A stretch of DNA of 63,203 nt, counting the filler, from Octopus bimaculoides (taxonomy: Eukaryota): NCBI RefSeq assembly GCF_001194135.2. It is 6 parts of 4 records of this genome, joined end to end, with 100 filler letters (N's around TTAATTAATTAA, not from the genome) between each part and the next. Parts side by side here need not be neighbours in the genome. Positions count along the whole stretch, not along the records: positions 1 to 29,216 come from NC_068988.1; positions 29,317 to 48,051 come from NC_068995.1; 4 more parts are not named here. One strand, written 5' to 3'. Shown piece after piece: positions 27,537-40,406 of the stretch. The first letter of the stretch is position 1. Every line of letters begins with the position of its first letter. The notes beneath the pieces are model-generated. The model made no database searches, was not told the DNA's origin, and saw only the letters and a list, made by a program, of their open reading frames with translations. Position numbers and translations under genes: made by a program.

Positions 27537-28728
27537 TGTGTGTTTGTGTGTGTTTGTGTATCTGTGTGTTTGTGTGCAGGCAGATGGAGAGGCTTGAATA
27601 GATGGGCAGTCAGATATAGTGATGGAAAAGAGTGTATGAAAGAGAGAGTGTAACAAAGAGAAAGAGAGAGAGAGAGTGAGAGTGAGTGAGTGAGAGAGAT
27701 AGAGAGAAAGAGAATGAAATGAAAAGAAAAAGAAAGACTATAAAAGGGCACAATGGGAGAAGAACAAACTTTAGATGGATTGGGTTCAGTAAGAGAGAAG
27801 GAGGAAAATAGAAAGGGAGAGAAAGAGATAGAAAGGAAAACGAGAGAGTGAAAGAGAGAGTGGAACTGAGAGAAAAAGGAAAGGAAAAAAGAAAGAAACA
27901 AAGGAAGTAAGAAAGAAAGAAAGTGTGATTGTGTGTACACAGTGGGATTCTATTGAGGGTGAAGGCAAAAAAAAAAAAAAAAAACGAACTTGAATATCAG
28001 GTTCTAGATGTTGAATAAACAGAAATAAAACAATTGAAATTACACATCTCAGCTAGTAATATGATACTTTATATACACTCACTGGAACATGTATGTTCAT
28101 GTTTGACCATTATTGAAAGTTCACCTTTTAAGATGTCCTTCAAACTGACCACGTCATATGATTTGCTACCTACATATCCATTGGTGGGTTCACATGATTG
28201 TATATGTATGTATGGATTGTATGTGCATATACATACATATACATAAATATATGGATTGTATGTGTGTATACATATATATTTGTGTGTGTGTGTTAGTGTA
28301 TGGATACACTAACAAATGTATGTTTGTGCATATACATACACGCATACATACAAACAAACACTTAGACAAAAGGTAGATTTACATACAAACCACTTGTGTA
28401 TATAATAATCATCACCATCAGCATCATCGATATCACCCACATCGTCCTCACCACCCAACATTCTAATATCCAGTTTTCCTGCTTATTTGGGTCAGACCAA
28501 ATTTGCTGATGTATGTTTTTCTAGTGCAAGATGCTCTTCCTGTTGCTAACCCTCATTTTTTTTCCCCTACTGAGGTATTGTTTTCCCTTGTCCTTCAAAT
28601 GACAAGCAACTTAATGCCTGAGCATGCTTTCTCAGAGAATTGCAGGCAAATGACACCATTTCATGATGGTGATATTTTTTTCCAGTTAGTATGCATATGT
28701 CAAAGAGGCATATATAAATGTGTGTATC

Positions 28729-28791
<63 letters not shown>

Positions 28792-28883
28792 GTCTGTCTG
28801 TTTGTCTGTCTGTCTACCCACATACATACATGTATACATACATGTATACATATATACATGCATACATACATACATGCATGCAT

Positions 28884-29216
28884 ACAGACAACCAGAGCAG
28901 TCTATCGTGGACAAACAATCGGGTCACCAACTCTCACTTTGAAGGGTATGCCTTTGCTATTCAAGAACAAGAAATAGCAACCAAATTCCTAATAAACAAA
29001 CGGGACAGAGAGGCAGGCAAAGCGCCACAATGTAATAATCGATGCAGACTCTGTGGAATCAGTATCGAAGATATCACCCACATCATTAGCAGCTGTCCAA
29101 AAATGTCATCACGGTATTACCTACCCATGAGACATGATGTTGTGGCCAAGACACTGTACAATGAAATCCGCCGACAGGATAACCCCGAGGCTAAGGAGAT
29201 GAAAACCCATAATGAG
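28884..29216 (+). mobile_element. Dong/R4-like non-LTR retrotransposon fragment (CCHC knuckle upstream of RLE endonuclease)
   Basis: DNQSSLSW..SHFEGYAFAIQEQEIATK...CRLCGISIEDITHIISSCPKMSSRYYLPMRHDVVAKTLY: CxxC-x8-H-x4-C plus RHD motif of RLE-type elements. Ends at an assembly gap. Confidence 0.8.
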
Positions 29217-29316
29217 NNNNNNNNNNNNNNNNNNNNNNNNNNNNNNNNNNNNNNNNNNNNTTAATTAATTAANNNNNNNNNNNNNNNNNNNNNNNNNNNN
29301 NNNNNNNNNNNNNNNN
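29217..29316. other. Assembly linker 44N-TTAATTAATTAA-44N
   Basis: Identical 12-mer (stops in all six frames) inside 100-bp N blocks at 29261, 48096, 50552, 59053 and 61308. Confidence 0.9.
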
Positions 29317-29981
29317 TTTACTGAATCGTTACTGGCGACGATAAATGGTGCCTGTACATCAATATGAAGCAGCGTAAGGAATGGCTTAGCACCGGTAAAA
29401 AAGCGACTACGCGCGTGAAACATGATATTCATCCGCGTGGAATGATGTTTTGCGTATGGTGGGACTGGAAAGGGATTATCCATTACGAATTGCTTGAACG
29501 GAACCAAACGGTCAACGCGGAACTCTATGTTCAACAGATGGAACGACTCAACACGGCTATTCAAGAGAAAAGACCTAATCGGCAGCATGGAGTTCTTCTG
29601 CTGCACGACAACACCCGCTCATATATCACCAATTTGACCAAGGAGGCCATTCAAACACATGGCTGGGAAATGCTGCCACACCCGCCGTACTTTACTGATT
29701 TGGCACCAACGGATTTCCACCTCTTTCGATCTCTTTCAAATGCTATGCGCAGAGATTCGTTCAATACTGATGCAGAATTGAGAGCTTTGTTGGATCAATT
29801 TTTCGAACCGAAATTGGGTGATTTGTACCTCCGAGTTATTGAAAATCTTGTTGAACGTTGGGAAGAAGTTGTAAACAACAAGGGTGAATACATTATTGAT
29901 TAATTAGCTGTTATTTTTTATTAAAACTTTTAAAAAAATTACATTTAAAAAAACTGTGGGAACTTAGTTGCCAACCCAGTA
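29317..29981 (+). mobile_element. Mariner (DD34D) transposon, 3' half with right TIR
   Basis: IVTGDDKWCLYINMK..MFCVWWDWKGIIHYELL..LLHDN..HPPYFTDLAPTDFHLFRSL..RWEEVVNNKGEYIID*; in-frame TGA just upstream. Right end acttagttgccaacccagta followed by TA. Left part lost in gap. Confidence 0.9.
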
Positions 29982-31873
29982 TAATGAGAAACAGAGAATG
30001 TGAGAAAAATAAAAATAGAGAGATAAAATAAAACGGCGAAGCGTGGATTGTAAGTAAATTTTATCTCTTCTAAAGAATTTTAGTTGAGAGTTGATCACGT
30101 ATGTTTTACTTCTGCTTACATTACAAAAACAGTCTGAAAATATATGCTATTGTGGAACTTGGTTTACTTAATGTTTACCACTACGAGTACCATGATTTAT
30201 TTGCTGCTATAAGTTGAGATAAGTAGAACATCTCTGTTGGAATCGAAATCTCTTGCAATAAATAATGGATTTGAAATTGTGCCAAACTAACTGCAAATAA
30301 ATTAGTCACGGAGCTGCTTCTGATATATTCACTATGAATTATGTTTCGTTCCTACTGTATACACTACATCATATCAGTCTGTTCTTTGATTACTTGATTA
30401 ATGTTCCACTACTTGCTAGAAGTGAGATTTCATTTTTACTCAACCGCATTCAGCGGAATTTCACCGAAATTTATCATTCTTATTTGGCAGGAAGATGTAT
30501 TTGGAATCAAGGAAGGAGATGGATAAGAAATTGATGGATACAAAATTATTTCAAGTGTAGGACACGCAGAAAAATTATTGAAGAGTATTCGATTTAATAC
30601 GCAGGCTGAAAGCCTTATTTTCTGTTTTACAATGAAAGAAATGCAAATACACTAAGCAGAATTTATCTAAACACCGATAGCAATAAACTAATTGTGAGTT
30701 AATTAATCTATCAAAAATTTGTTAAATTCTGAACCGATAATTATTCAATCAATGTTTTCCTCATTCAATGCAATATAGTCACCCTAGATTTAAGTGATGT
30801 GTAAAAAACATGCTTGTATTTTTGTTTGGTGGAATGTTTGATATGGCTGTAGGTGAACTGAAGCAATGTCATCAATAGAAAAGAATAACGAAACCTGTAA
30901 TTGGTGTCTAAATGTTCCTCAAACCGTTTAAATCTTAATAAAAGGACGAATGCATTGGAAAATGAGATATGAGATAAATCACTGGATGGGTAACTAAGGC
31001 CAAAACAACTATTCTATCGCCAGCCAAATTTTCTCTGCAATCTACATTGCAATATACTTAGGTAATATGTATGCATATTTATTATTACAGTATATATATT
31101 ATTTTTTATTCACAAATACATGTACAGTTGCTACCATTAAGTTGAGAGCTCCAATTAGATTATTATCGCTATGTGTCGTCCAGTATTGTGGTTAAGGAAG
31201 CATTTTACTTAGGAGTATTACTAATTATGATAAAGAATAAATGTAAGAGAAATTACGATAAATACTTTATATTTTAAGTTCGTACCTACGTTTAAACGAT
31301 GTGATTGCTTGGAACTCTCCATTCCATGTTTCGAGTAAAACTGGAATTAACGTCTAGAGTAGCGTAGATGAAGAGGCATTTTATAAGTATTTTGAGTGGT
31401 AAGTAATAAGAAAGCAATAGGCAGCGGAAGATAAATGAGTCTAAAAAGCCGGAGAAAGGAGCGAGAAACAAAGATAAGAAGAGAGAGAATTGAGCACATA
31501 ACAACATTAAATTTCATACTGATGATCCACAGAAGAAAATTAAAAAAACATTCTACTCACATAAATATTTCTCTTCTGACATGAAAAGCTTTCATGTTAC
31601 ATCACTTTCCGAACATATATATTAATTAAAATCAAAAAGCATAGATCATAAATTACAAAGGTCTATACCAGCGGTTCTCAACCTTTTCCAAACCATCGCC
31701 CCCAGAAAGCTATTTTTGACGTGGCTAATTGATAATTGGCCACCAAAAATGATTCAAAAGTAAATATAATGTAATTACGACTAATCAACACTAAAAAAAT
31801 GTTGTACATGTAAATGCAAAAGAAGAATGAATAAAGATAAAACGTTAGTGTGAGCCCTGAGATTGGTGATGTA

Positions 31874-32006
31874 ACTGTGTGGTTGACCGTCATTAAGACA
31901 AAAGAGCTAATAGACCTATTGACTTCTCTACTCCCTTACTTTTAGCCCCTCCCCTTCAATAGCGGTCTATTAGCTCTTTTGTCTTAATGACGGTCAACTA
32001 CACAGT
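31874..32006. repeat. 133-bp near-perfect hairpin
   Basis: actgtgtggttgaccgtcattaagacaaaagagctaatagacctattga (31874-31922) pairs with tcaatagcggtctattagctcttttgtcttaatgacggtcaactacacagt (31956-32006). Confidence 0.85.
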
Positions 32007-32055
32007 AATTTCCCTTTGTTTAACGGCAATTTTTCACAGGAGTTTTCAATGGCGG

Positions 32056-32116
32056 GATAACTGAAGAGATGTTGGCGTGGGCTCCCACCCCGGCATCCGA
32101 AACTCGGAGCTTTATC
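32056..32116 (+). ncRNA. Degenerate minimal type I hammerhead-like motif
   Basis: gataa-CTGAAGA-gatgttgg(cgtgggctcccacc)ccggcatc-c-GAAA-ctcggag-ct-ttatc: stems I (gataa/ttatc), II and III (ctc/gag) all pair, but position 16.1 is C rather than U. Confidence 0.5.
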
Positions 32117-33452
32117 ATGGCTACCGAATAAGTGTCACATATTTTTACAGATATATATACGACGACTTCTTTCAGTTTCCATCTACCAAATCCATGCTAC
32201 CAATCACAAGACCTTTTTCGGCCCGAGGCTATAGTAGAAGACACTAGCCCAAAGTGTCATGAAGTGGGACTGAACCTGGAACCGTGTGGTTAGAAAGCAA
32301 GCTACTTACCACACATACACTCCAGCAACTGATGAGGGGCTGTTCTTTTTGTTGTTCTTTGTTTTGTTTTACATTTGTGTCTTTCGTTGTTCGAAAGAAT
32401 AGTTCATATTCTATATACTCCTGCTTCGTTCTTTTTCATTGTACACGTTTCGTGACGTCATGCAACCTTTCCAACTAAGTTTTATCTTAATAGTTCTCAT
32501 GCGCACTCTATACGATCTCTTTTCCCTTTCGTTTTTCTCTTTTTCTTTCTCTCCCTTAATCTTTTACCTCCGCTTCTCCCACTATTCTATTGTATTACTC
32601 TGTCACTCTGTCTCCCTCCCTTGCTCACATGGCTGCCACGTGACCATCGGTCATCTTTCTTCCTTTCTCTCCGTTGTAGCTGGAATAAGGAAAACGTGTT
32701 CTTGTTTGTCTCCTGTCCTAGCTTGATATATGCGTTCGCCACCACAGCTCGTTTAGGCTTAGCAGCACTGCCTGTTTGTTTTCACTGTCCTGTTTGTGTT
32801 ACGTATTTTGACCCTCAGAAAAATCCCAAATTTATTTAATTTGCTTTGTGGGAGCAACTGCTTTTATCGAAAGCGTATATTGTTGTTAGATGCTGGAAAT
32901 ACGAAGCTACAAAAAGAGGCAACAGCTGATGAAGAGTTGCTATTTATGTTGTTTGTTTCGTTTTTTATTTGTGTCTTTCGTTGTTCGAAAGAATAGTTCA
33001 TGTTCCACGTACTCGTGCTTCGTGCTTTTTTGCTGTACACGCTTCGTGACATCCTGTACCCACATGCTTACATATATACGCATATNNNNNNNNNNNNNNN
33101 NNNNNNNNNNNNNNNNNNNNNNNNNNNNNNNNNNNNNNNNNNNNNNNNNNNNNNNNNNNNNNNNNNNNNNNNNNNNNNNNNNNNNNNNNNNNNNNNNNNN
33201 NNNNNNNNNNNNNNNNNNNNNNNNNNNNNNNNNNNNNNNNNNNNNNNNNNNNNNNNNNNNNNNNNNNNNNNNNNNNNNNNNNNNNNNNNNNNNNNNNNNN
33301 NNNNNNNNNNNNNNNNNNNNNNNNNNNNNNNNNNNNNNNNNNNNNNNNNNNNNNNNNNNNNNNNNNNNNNNNNNNNNNNNNNNNNNNNNNNNNNNNNNNN
33401 NNNNNNNNNNNNNNNNNNNNNNNNNNNNNNNNNNNNNNNNNNNNNNNNNNNN

Positions 33453-33490
<38 letters not shown>

Positions 33491-34825
33491 GAGAGGCAGA
33501 GAGAAAACAGACCATGCAGAAAGAGAGAGAATGCGGGTAACACATAGATAGAGAGATAGATAGTGCAAGATCAAATCCCGGAGTCCTAGATATATATAAT
33601 ACATCATGAGCTGCTGTCATTTTTTTGTTACGTATTTATTGACATATTATAGTAAAGAATACGGGGCATGCAACCCTTTACTCTGTTTAAGACATTATTG
33701 ACGTCAGCCACAGACACTATCCCGAATGATTATTGGAGAAGCGAAGTAGAATTTGAGAAATTCATGCATTTCTCTTGCAATGGGTATTCAACAGAGAATT
33801 TTACATATTGTGGGCCCCTGTCTGCATTAAAATACTTGAGTGTTTTATTGTTTCTGTTATTTACTTGGTAGTTATAGTACCAATATTAACACGCATTCAC
33901 TTCGATATTGTGTTGCTATGGTCCGATATACATAGAAGAGTATTGATGATAATATAAAAGATTTTCTTGAATATATTTAGTTTCATATACAGAATTGTCT
34001 TAGAAGTGACAGCTCTTTCAATCGAATCTACGTGATGCGAATATATTTTATTGAAAAGATTAAAATAAAATAAAATACCAAGTTTTTTTTTTACAATTTC
34101 TATAGTGTTAATATTCAAAATTTTATTTTTATTGTTTTCTTACATATCGCTTTATGGTATCATCAGGTTTAAAATAAGAGAATGTATATTTATGTTAGTG
34201 GGAATCTGATCAATAAATGTATATATCTTGTATAGTTTTGCATTAGTAAAGTAAAATAGCTTCTAGTTGTCCGGCACATTTCTTCTAGTTTTTCGCCTAC
34301 AGACACTTTTCGTAGACTACTGATCTACTTGTGTTGATACAGAGCTACTACTACATCATACGTGAATGTAGGCTTCGTTTTCTATTGTTATATAAAATAT
34401 GCAATAATGTACCAGTGTTTAGGACTAGTAAACCAACATTACATATTTCTTAATATTATTGCTAGTCTTCTACTGACTTTAAATCGTTTGACAGCAATGC
34501 TTTTAAATCTTCAAGATTTTTTTTTTTTTTTTTTTTGCTGATTTTCTCTAATTCTGCTGACAAAAAAGAGCAACTACCAGGAATATTTTGAAATTAAGTT
34601 CCTTTTTGCACATATCAAATTAACGGACGTTTTCTGCTACAGTTCATAATTCGCTTGGTGCCACTATTGCATCAATTGTTTGCATATCGGCATATCAATT
34701 TATCCGTTAAGTTTTAAGTAATTATAAGAAATCAATGGGAAAAAAATTACTGTTTTTTTTGGGGGGGGGGGCTCATTCATTTTCTTCACTATGTGCGTAT
34801 ATGTAACCTCTTATATAAAACCTGC

Positions 34826-35352
34826 GGAGGCGCAATGGCCCAGTGGTTAGGGCAGCGGACTCGCGGTCATAGGATCGCGGTTTCGATTTCTAGACCGGGC
34901 GTTGTGAGTGTTTATTGAGCGAAAACACCTAGAGCTCCACGAGGCTCCGGCAGGGGATGGTGGCGAACCCTGCTGTACTCTTTCACCACAACTTTCTCTC
35001 ACTCTTACTTCCTGTTTCTGTTGTGCCTGTAATTCAAAGGGTCAGCCTTGTCACACNNNNNNNNNNAAACACCTAGAGCTCCACGAGGCTCCGGCAGGGG
35101 ATGGTGGCGAACCCTGCTGTACTCTTTCACCACAACTTTCTCTCACTCTTACTTCCTGTTTCTGTTGTGCCTGTAATTCATAGGGTCAGCCTTGTCACAC
35201 TGTGTCACGCTGAATATCCCCTAGAACTACGTTAAGGGTACACGTGTCTGTGGAGTGCTCAGCCACTTGCACGTTAATTTCACGAGCAGGCTGTTCCGTT
35301 GATCGGATCAACTGGAACCCTCGACGTCGTAAGCGACGGAGTGCCAACAACA
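34826..35352 (+). mobile_element. tRNA-derived SINE family A, full length (internal gap duplication)
   Basis: A box ggcccagtggttaggg, B box ggtttcgatttc, body gggtcagccttgtcacactgtgtcacgctgaatatcc, (CAA)n tail. Other copies: 16318-16645 (-), 59866-60213 (+), 12416-12710 (+, old), 9360-9530 (-, old), 62606-62680, related 60463-60773 (+). Confidence 0.85.
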
Positions 35353-37054
35353 ATATAAAAACTATAACACTGAGTTATATAAAAACTATAACAGTAAATT
35401 TGTTCTAGGAGTATTGTGAAAAGTTTTATAATTTACGGAATTGTACTTCATTAACCTTTGCCCTTCAGTTAACTACAAGCATCTACCAGAAATTTTTCTG
35501 CTACATCCTGTAGCATGTGTTATATATTTATTCGTGAATTTTTACCCCAATAAATATATTTTGCAATTGCTTATGTTGACTTTCTTTTATTGATTCGTTT
35601 GATTTTCTAAAATTCTATTTTTTTAAAGATATTTGCAGACACCTTTTTGTTATTTTGGTTTTATAGCATTAACAAGCGTCACTCTCTACATTTTGTGTAA
35701 ACCATAGAAATTCCTGGTTTTATAACTGAACTTGCTTATATAGTCAACTCTTCTATTGAAGCAACATTTCTGGTACATATTCAATAAAGTCAGTTAAATT
35801 TTTTAAATATATTTCATTGATTGTAATTCCATTGTATTTCAGATTTATTATCTTCTATCATTTCGGGTACGTGACCTTTACAAAGGCTTACGTTCATGAG
35901 AGCAATAGCATTGCATTTAACACCTTCTTTAATCTTAGTTTCAATGTCTTCTAGATCTTAATAATGTTTCCTTTCTGCTTTTGAGAAAAGTATTTTCTTA
36001 TTATTTCTAGTAATTTGAGTATGAACATTCGTAATGCTACCACACACAGTATCACCTGCATCATTCCCTTCTTTGTTAGAAAAAGACCACTTTTCTTACC
36101 ACACCACCACATTATTACCTTTTTCAATCAATTTTTCTGTTTTTCTCTCTTTCTTTCTCTCTGTCTGTTTCTTTCTCTCTCTCTTTCTCTCTCTTTCTGT
36201 CACTTAATCTCTCACTTGGATATGAGCCATAATGACCTCCAATTACACTGGCTTCAAGTTGTCTCCAACTCTAACCGTGAAATATTATTTCAATGCCGTA
36301 GTTATGTTTCACTGTTTCATTCATCTCTTTCTTCATTCTATGCATGAAAAGCTTGCGTCATATTACATGCAACAACACTAAATCTTACGCAAATGAATCA
36401 AAACTTCATTCTTCCCCTAACGTACCCCACCGTACGCAGCCTAGCCACCACATGCCAAATCTACATCAATATAATGCACAGAGGCCTTTATTAAGGATAT
36501 TACAAGCTTCTCTCTTCCAAAGTAAGAAACTGAAAACCTTATTCACTTCACGGAACACTATTACATTTCCGTTAAGAATGTGCGATGCACAGTTATGCTC
36601 CTTAAGATCACTGAAAAGTTTGGGTCTCACCATCTCCTGGAAAAAAAGCACACTTTTAATATACATATTACTATATCCGTTCTCGAAATTCGAATATGGA
36701 CAACACACATACCTTGTGTAATTGTGTTCTATTTTGTTTATATATCTCGAGCTGCTTCTAGTTAATACTAGAATTTTTTCCCTGGTATGATACATTGGTA
36801 AATGCCAGCAAATGTTGTCTACACCATTTAGCATATAGTCATATATATGAGAAGTATTGATATCCAGATGACCCAAAGTGGCGGGTAACGCTGTGTAAGT
36901 GCTATGGAACGACCGTGATTAAACTCTCGGTTCGATTGTAATATGAGTGAGGAGTCTAATGCGGGTTTTGTATAAGCATGTATATGTTAAATAAAACGAG
37001 GCAACAAAGCCAAGGCTATGTGGAATTTTCAGGACATTTATAAAGCGTAAGTTA

Positions 37055-37102
37055 GTCTTACAGCTGTTTCTGGGATATTAGGGATATCCCTTCACCAGAG
37101 AC
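37055..37102 (-). ncRNA. Minimal type I hammerhead ribozyme with core mutation (CUGGUGA)
   Basis: Reverse complement gtct-CTGGTGA-a-gggatatccctaatatccc-a-GAAA-cagctg-TA-agac; same architecture as 40359-40406 but A6 to G. Confidence 0.7.
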
Positions 37103-39579
37103 GATGTGAGATGGTTAAACAGAGGGAAAGATTGGAGGTCAATATGAGGAGTTATTTTAGAAAAGGAAACAAATAAGGAGTATATAGGGAAATAGGAGAA
37201 TGACTGTAGAAATAAAAATGTATAAAGATTTTATAGTTGCAGTTCTATTATCCAAGGAAAGCGTTGTGTAGAAGTGGTAGAATTGCTTCCTGTCCGTGGT
37301 ATGTAAATTCCAATAGGAGTACGTATTTTGTCATAACAAATGGAATGTTTGGAGAGGTAGATTCCATGTGCTGTTCATTCAAAGGGATCTTGTGGTGTGA
37401 ATGAAAATTTGAGAGTGTGGTGGTAGTATTAAGTGGATAGAGAGGTTAAAGAAAAAGGTGAGAAAATAAGAAGGGAAGAAAGAAGAAGAGAAAATGAAAA
37501 CAAGAAGAGAAAATGGAAAAAGTGTAAGGAAGTGAAAAAGTGAAAGGTGTGTTAGTTGGTGGTCAAGATATTATTAGGGGGATGGGAGAGGAGTAGGGGA
37601 GGGGTAGGAAGAGATAAGTGTGTAAGTAATGAATATGTGTGAGGTGTCTGAGGTGGGGTGATATGTTAGAATGGCACTAAGGGATGGGTACAGAAAAAAA
37701 CTATAGGTGGGGGTTTTCCTAAAGTGAGTAGTAAACCGTCAATTAGAAGGGAAGAATACTAAGAATGGTCAAGTTTCTATAAATAGACTTATCTGTTTCT
37801 TCTACTGGCTAATGTGATAATGTGGGTAGAGGAATCATAGAGAAGAAAGGAAAGACGTGTATATCGATATACGCACGCACACATGTACATATATTTGTGT
37901 GTATGCATTATTATGTAGGCCTGCGTATTTGTGTATCTAAACCTGTCCGCATGCATGCATACACATGCATATACGCATGCACGTACGCTTATGTACACAC
38001 ATTCATACACATACACGCGCGCACACATACACACGCACACACATACACAGCCACAGCGTAGCTCGGAACATTAAAGATTTTCTGTATTCCCGAGCGTCAA
38101 ACTAATACATCCTTTTGTTGTTTACACCAACTGCCCTCGTCTGTTGTTTTTTTTCGTACATTCTCCCATATATATATATATATATANNNNNNNNNNNNNN
38201 NNNNNNNNNNNNNNNNNNNNNNNNNNNNNNNNNNNNNNNNNNNNNNNNNNNNNNNNNNNNNNNNNNNNNNNNNNNNNNNNNNNNNNNNNNNNNNNNNNNN
38301 NNNNNNNNNNNNNNNNNNNNNNNNNNNNNNNNNNNNNNNNNNNNNNNNNNNNNNNNNNNNNTATATATACATATATATATATAATCATATACATATACAT
38401 ACGCACATACATCTGCATACGAACACATATGAATGCTCACATGTGTAGTATTAAACAATTAAGATAAGATTGGAGAATTTAAAAATTAAGGGAAAGTCAA
38501 AATATGGTTGTTGGGATTTACCTAAGTGGTGTTCGGGATATGTGCTGTGTGGTTATTTAGGTTGTATTTAGATTTGTGGTAAAATTTGAAGGTATGGAGA
38601 AAGTGGTGGTTGCATGTAGCTAGGTCCTGGTTATATTTATTTAGTAGTATTGAAGAGTTGAAGTGTTATGTTTTCATATGTGGAATGCCTCTTTTAGGCA
38701 TAGCATACAGACTGGGCGTTGACCTTGTTATGGAAGCCCTGAATCTATTATTGACCGTGACAAGTTGTAGGAAATAATTCTATTTCTGAGATGATGTATG
38801 TGACTGGCGAGTGTTGTGGTTTTACTTTATTTCTCTTATCTAAAAGAATTGAGATGCGTGGCGTATCGTTGTTTAAAATTCATAGTTGATCCTATATATG
38901 GTTGAAGAATTGTGTAGCGTGTTGAGGATGGTGCATGTATAAACTATATTAGACCTTCTGCAATGGGATTGTAGAGGGCAGATGGTCCCAGGACGGCAGC
39001 TACATGGTAGGGCATTGTGAGGATTCTTCTTAGGAATGGAGTGGGTAATACTGTCAGAGGAGAGGTTAAAGATGGAGTAGATTGGTCTATGTTATTAACA
39101 TTATTATTACTATTATCATTACTATTTCCATCATTATTGTTATTTATCCTATCTGTAATAGTGGTGGAAGTTGTGGCAGTAGTATTCTGGTTAGTGTTAG
39201 TGGGATTGGTAGGATTTCTGTTGTGGACTAAAATATAGCGTTCGAGATTGGAGCTATATACATGTTGGGCGCTTGTGTATTCAATGTTGTTATAATGTAA
39301 GTTTTGATAATAGAGAGAAAGCTTTCGTTTATTAGAGGTTGTTATGATAGACTTAGAGTTGGGCAGGGAGGAGTAAGATAACTTTAAGGTAGATCTATTA
39401 AAAATAGAGTAATATTTATGTTTACGAGTGAAGTTGGACTCCAGTATATTAAAAAAAGGATTTAGCTAAGTTCTTACCGTTTTGTGAGAAGGGGGTGTAC
39501 ACCATAGAATAGAGCGTCCATCGCTTTTTTTTTGTTACTTAAGGGTAGTGTTATCTATATTTTTAGAAATTAGAGAGGA

Positions 39580-39920
39580 TAATGCTGAGACTCCAGTCGG
39601 TCATGATTGATCATGGGATTGCACCTAGAAAGTTATCCTCCCAGGCACAAATCCGGGTAAGGTTGTTTGTGGAAGGCCAGCAGTCGCCCATACATACTGG
39701 TCTCCCCTCTCCACGCCACCAGTGTTATCCAAGGAAAAGTCAAAGGCCGATACAGCTTGGCACCTCTGACGTCGCAACTCATTTCTACAGCTGAGTGAAC
39801 TGGAGCAACTTGAAATAAAGTGTCTTTCTCAAGAACACAACACGCAGCCCGGTCCGGGATTCGAACTCAGAACCACACGACCGTAACCTCGACGCTCTAA
39901 CCACTGAGCTATGCGCCTTT
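39580..39920 (-). mobile_element. tRNA-derived SINE family D nested in the Penelope-like element
   Basis: Minus-strand head aggcgcatagctcagtggttagagcgtcg..gagttcgaatccc; second copy on + at ~48985-49330. Confidence 0.8.
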
Positions 39921-40358
39921 ATGTGGCCCGTTATTGTTAGCTGTTTTAGTATTTGACCTAGTGTTATATGTATTCGTGTGGGGTCTACGTTGCCTTAATC
40001 TGAGTTCTCTCGAAGTTCTAGTATAGTGCAGGCGTGGTCTGTGTGATTCTGGTGGTTGTCATGTCGTTGTGATATGATTTTAGATATATCTTGTTTGAGC
40101 CTACGTCTCCACACTTTCCATTTGCGATGACAAAATATGAACTCCTATTGGAATTTACATACCACGGACTGGAAGCATTTCTACCGCTTCTTCACACCAG
40201 TTTCCTTGGAAAATGGAACTGCAATTATAACAACTTTATACCTTTTTATTTCTACATTCTTTCTCCTATTCCCCTATATACTCCTTATTTGCTTCCTTTT
40301 CCAAAATAACTCCTCATATTGAACTCTAATATTTCCCTCTATTTAACCATCTCACATC

Positions 40359-40406
40359 GTCTCTGATGAAGGGATATTCCTAATATCCCAGAAACAGCTG
40401 TAAGAT
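40359..40406 (+). ncRNA. Minimal type I hammerhead ribozyme, intact core
   Basis: gtct-CTGATGA-a-gggatatt(cct)aatatccc-a-GAAA-cagctg-TA-agat: stem I, conserved core, 8-bp stem II, palindromic stem III ACAGCTGT, GUA cleavage triplet (cut after 40402). Confidence 0.8.

Noticed and set aside
28884-29903. Apparent fusion of an RLE retrotransposon domain with a mariner transposase
   Set aside because: The two are separated by an artificial 100-bp linker, so adjacency is not established.
34826-34900. tRNA-like sequences at SINE heads
   Set aside because: A and B boxes run on into SINE bodies; no complete cloverleaf with acceptor stem.
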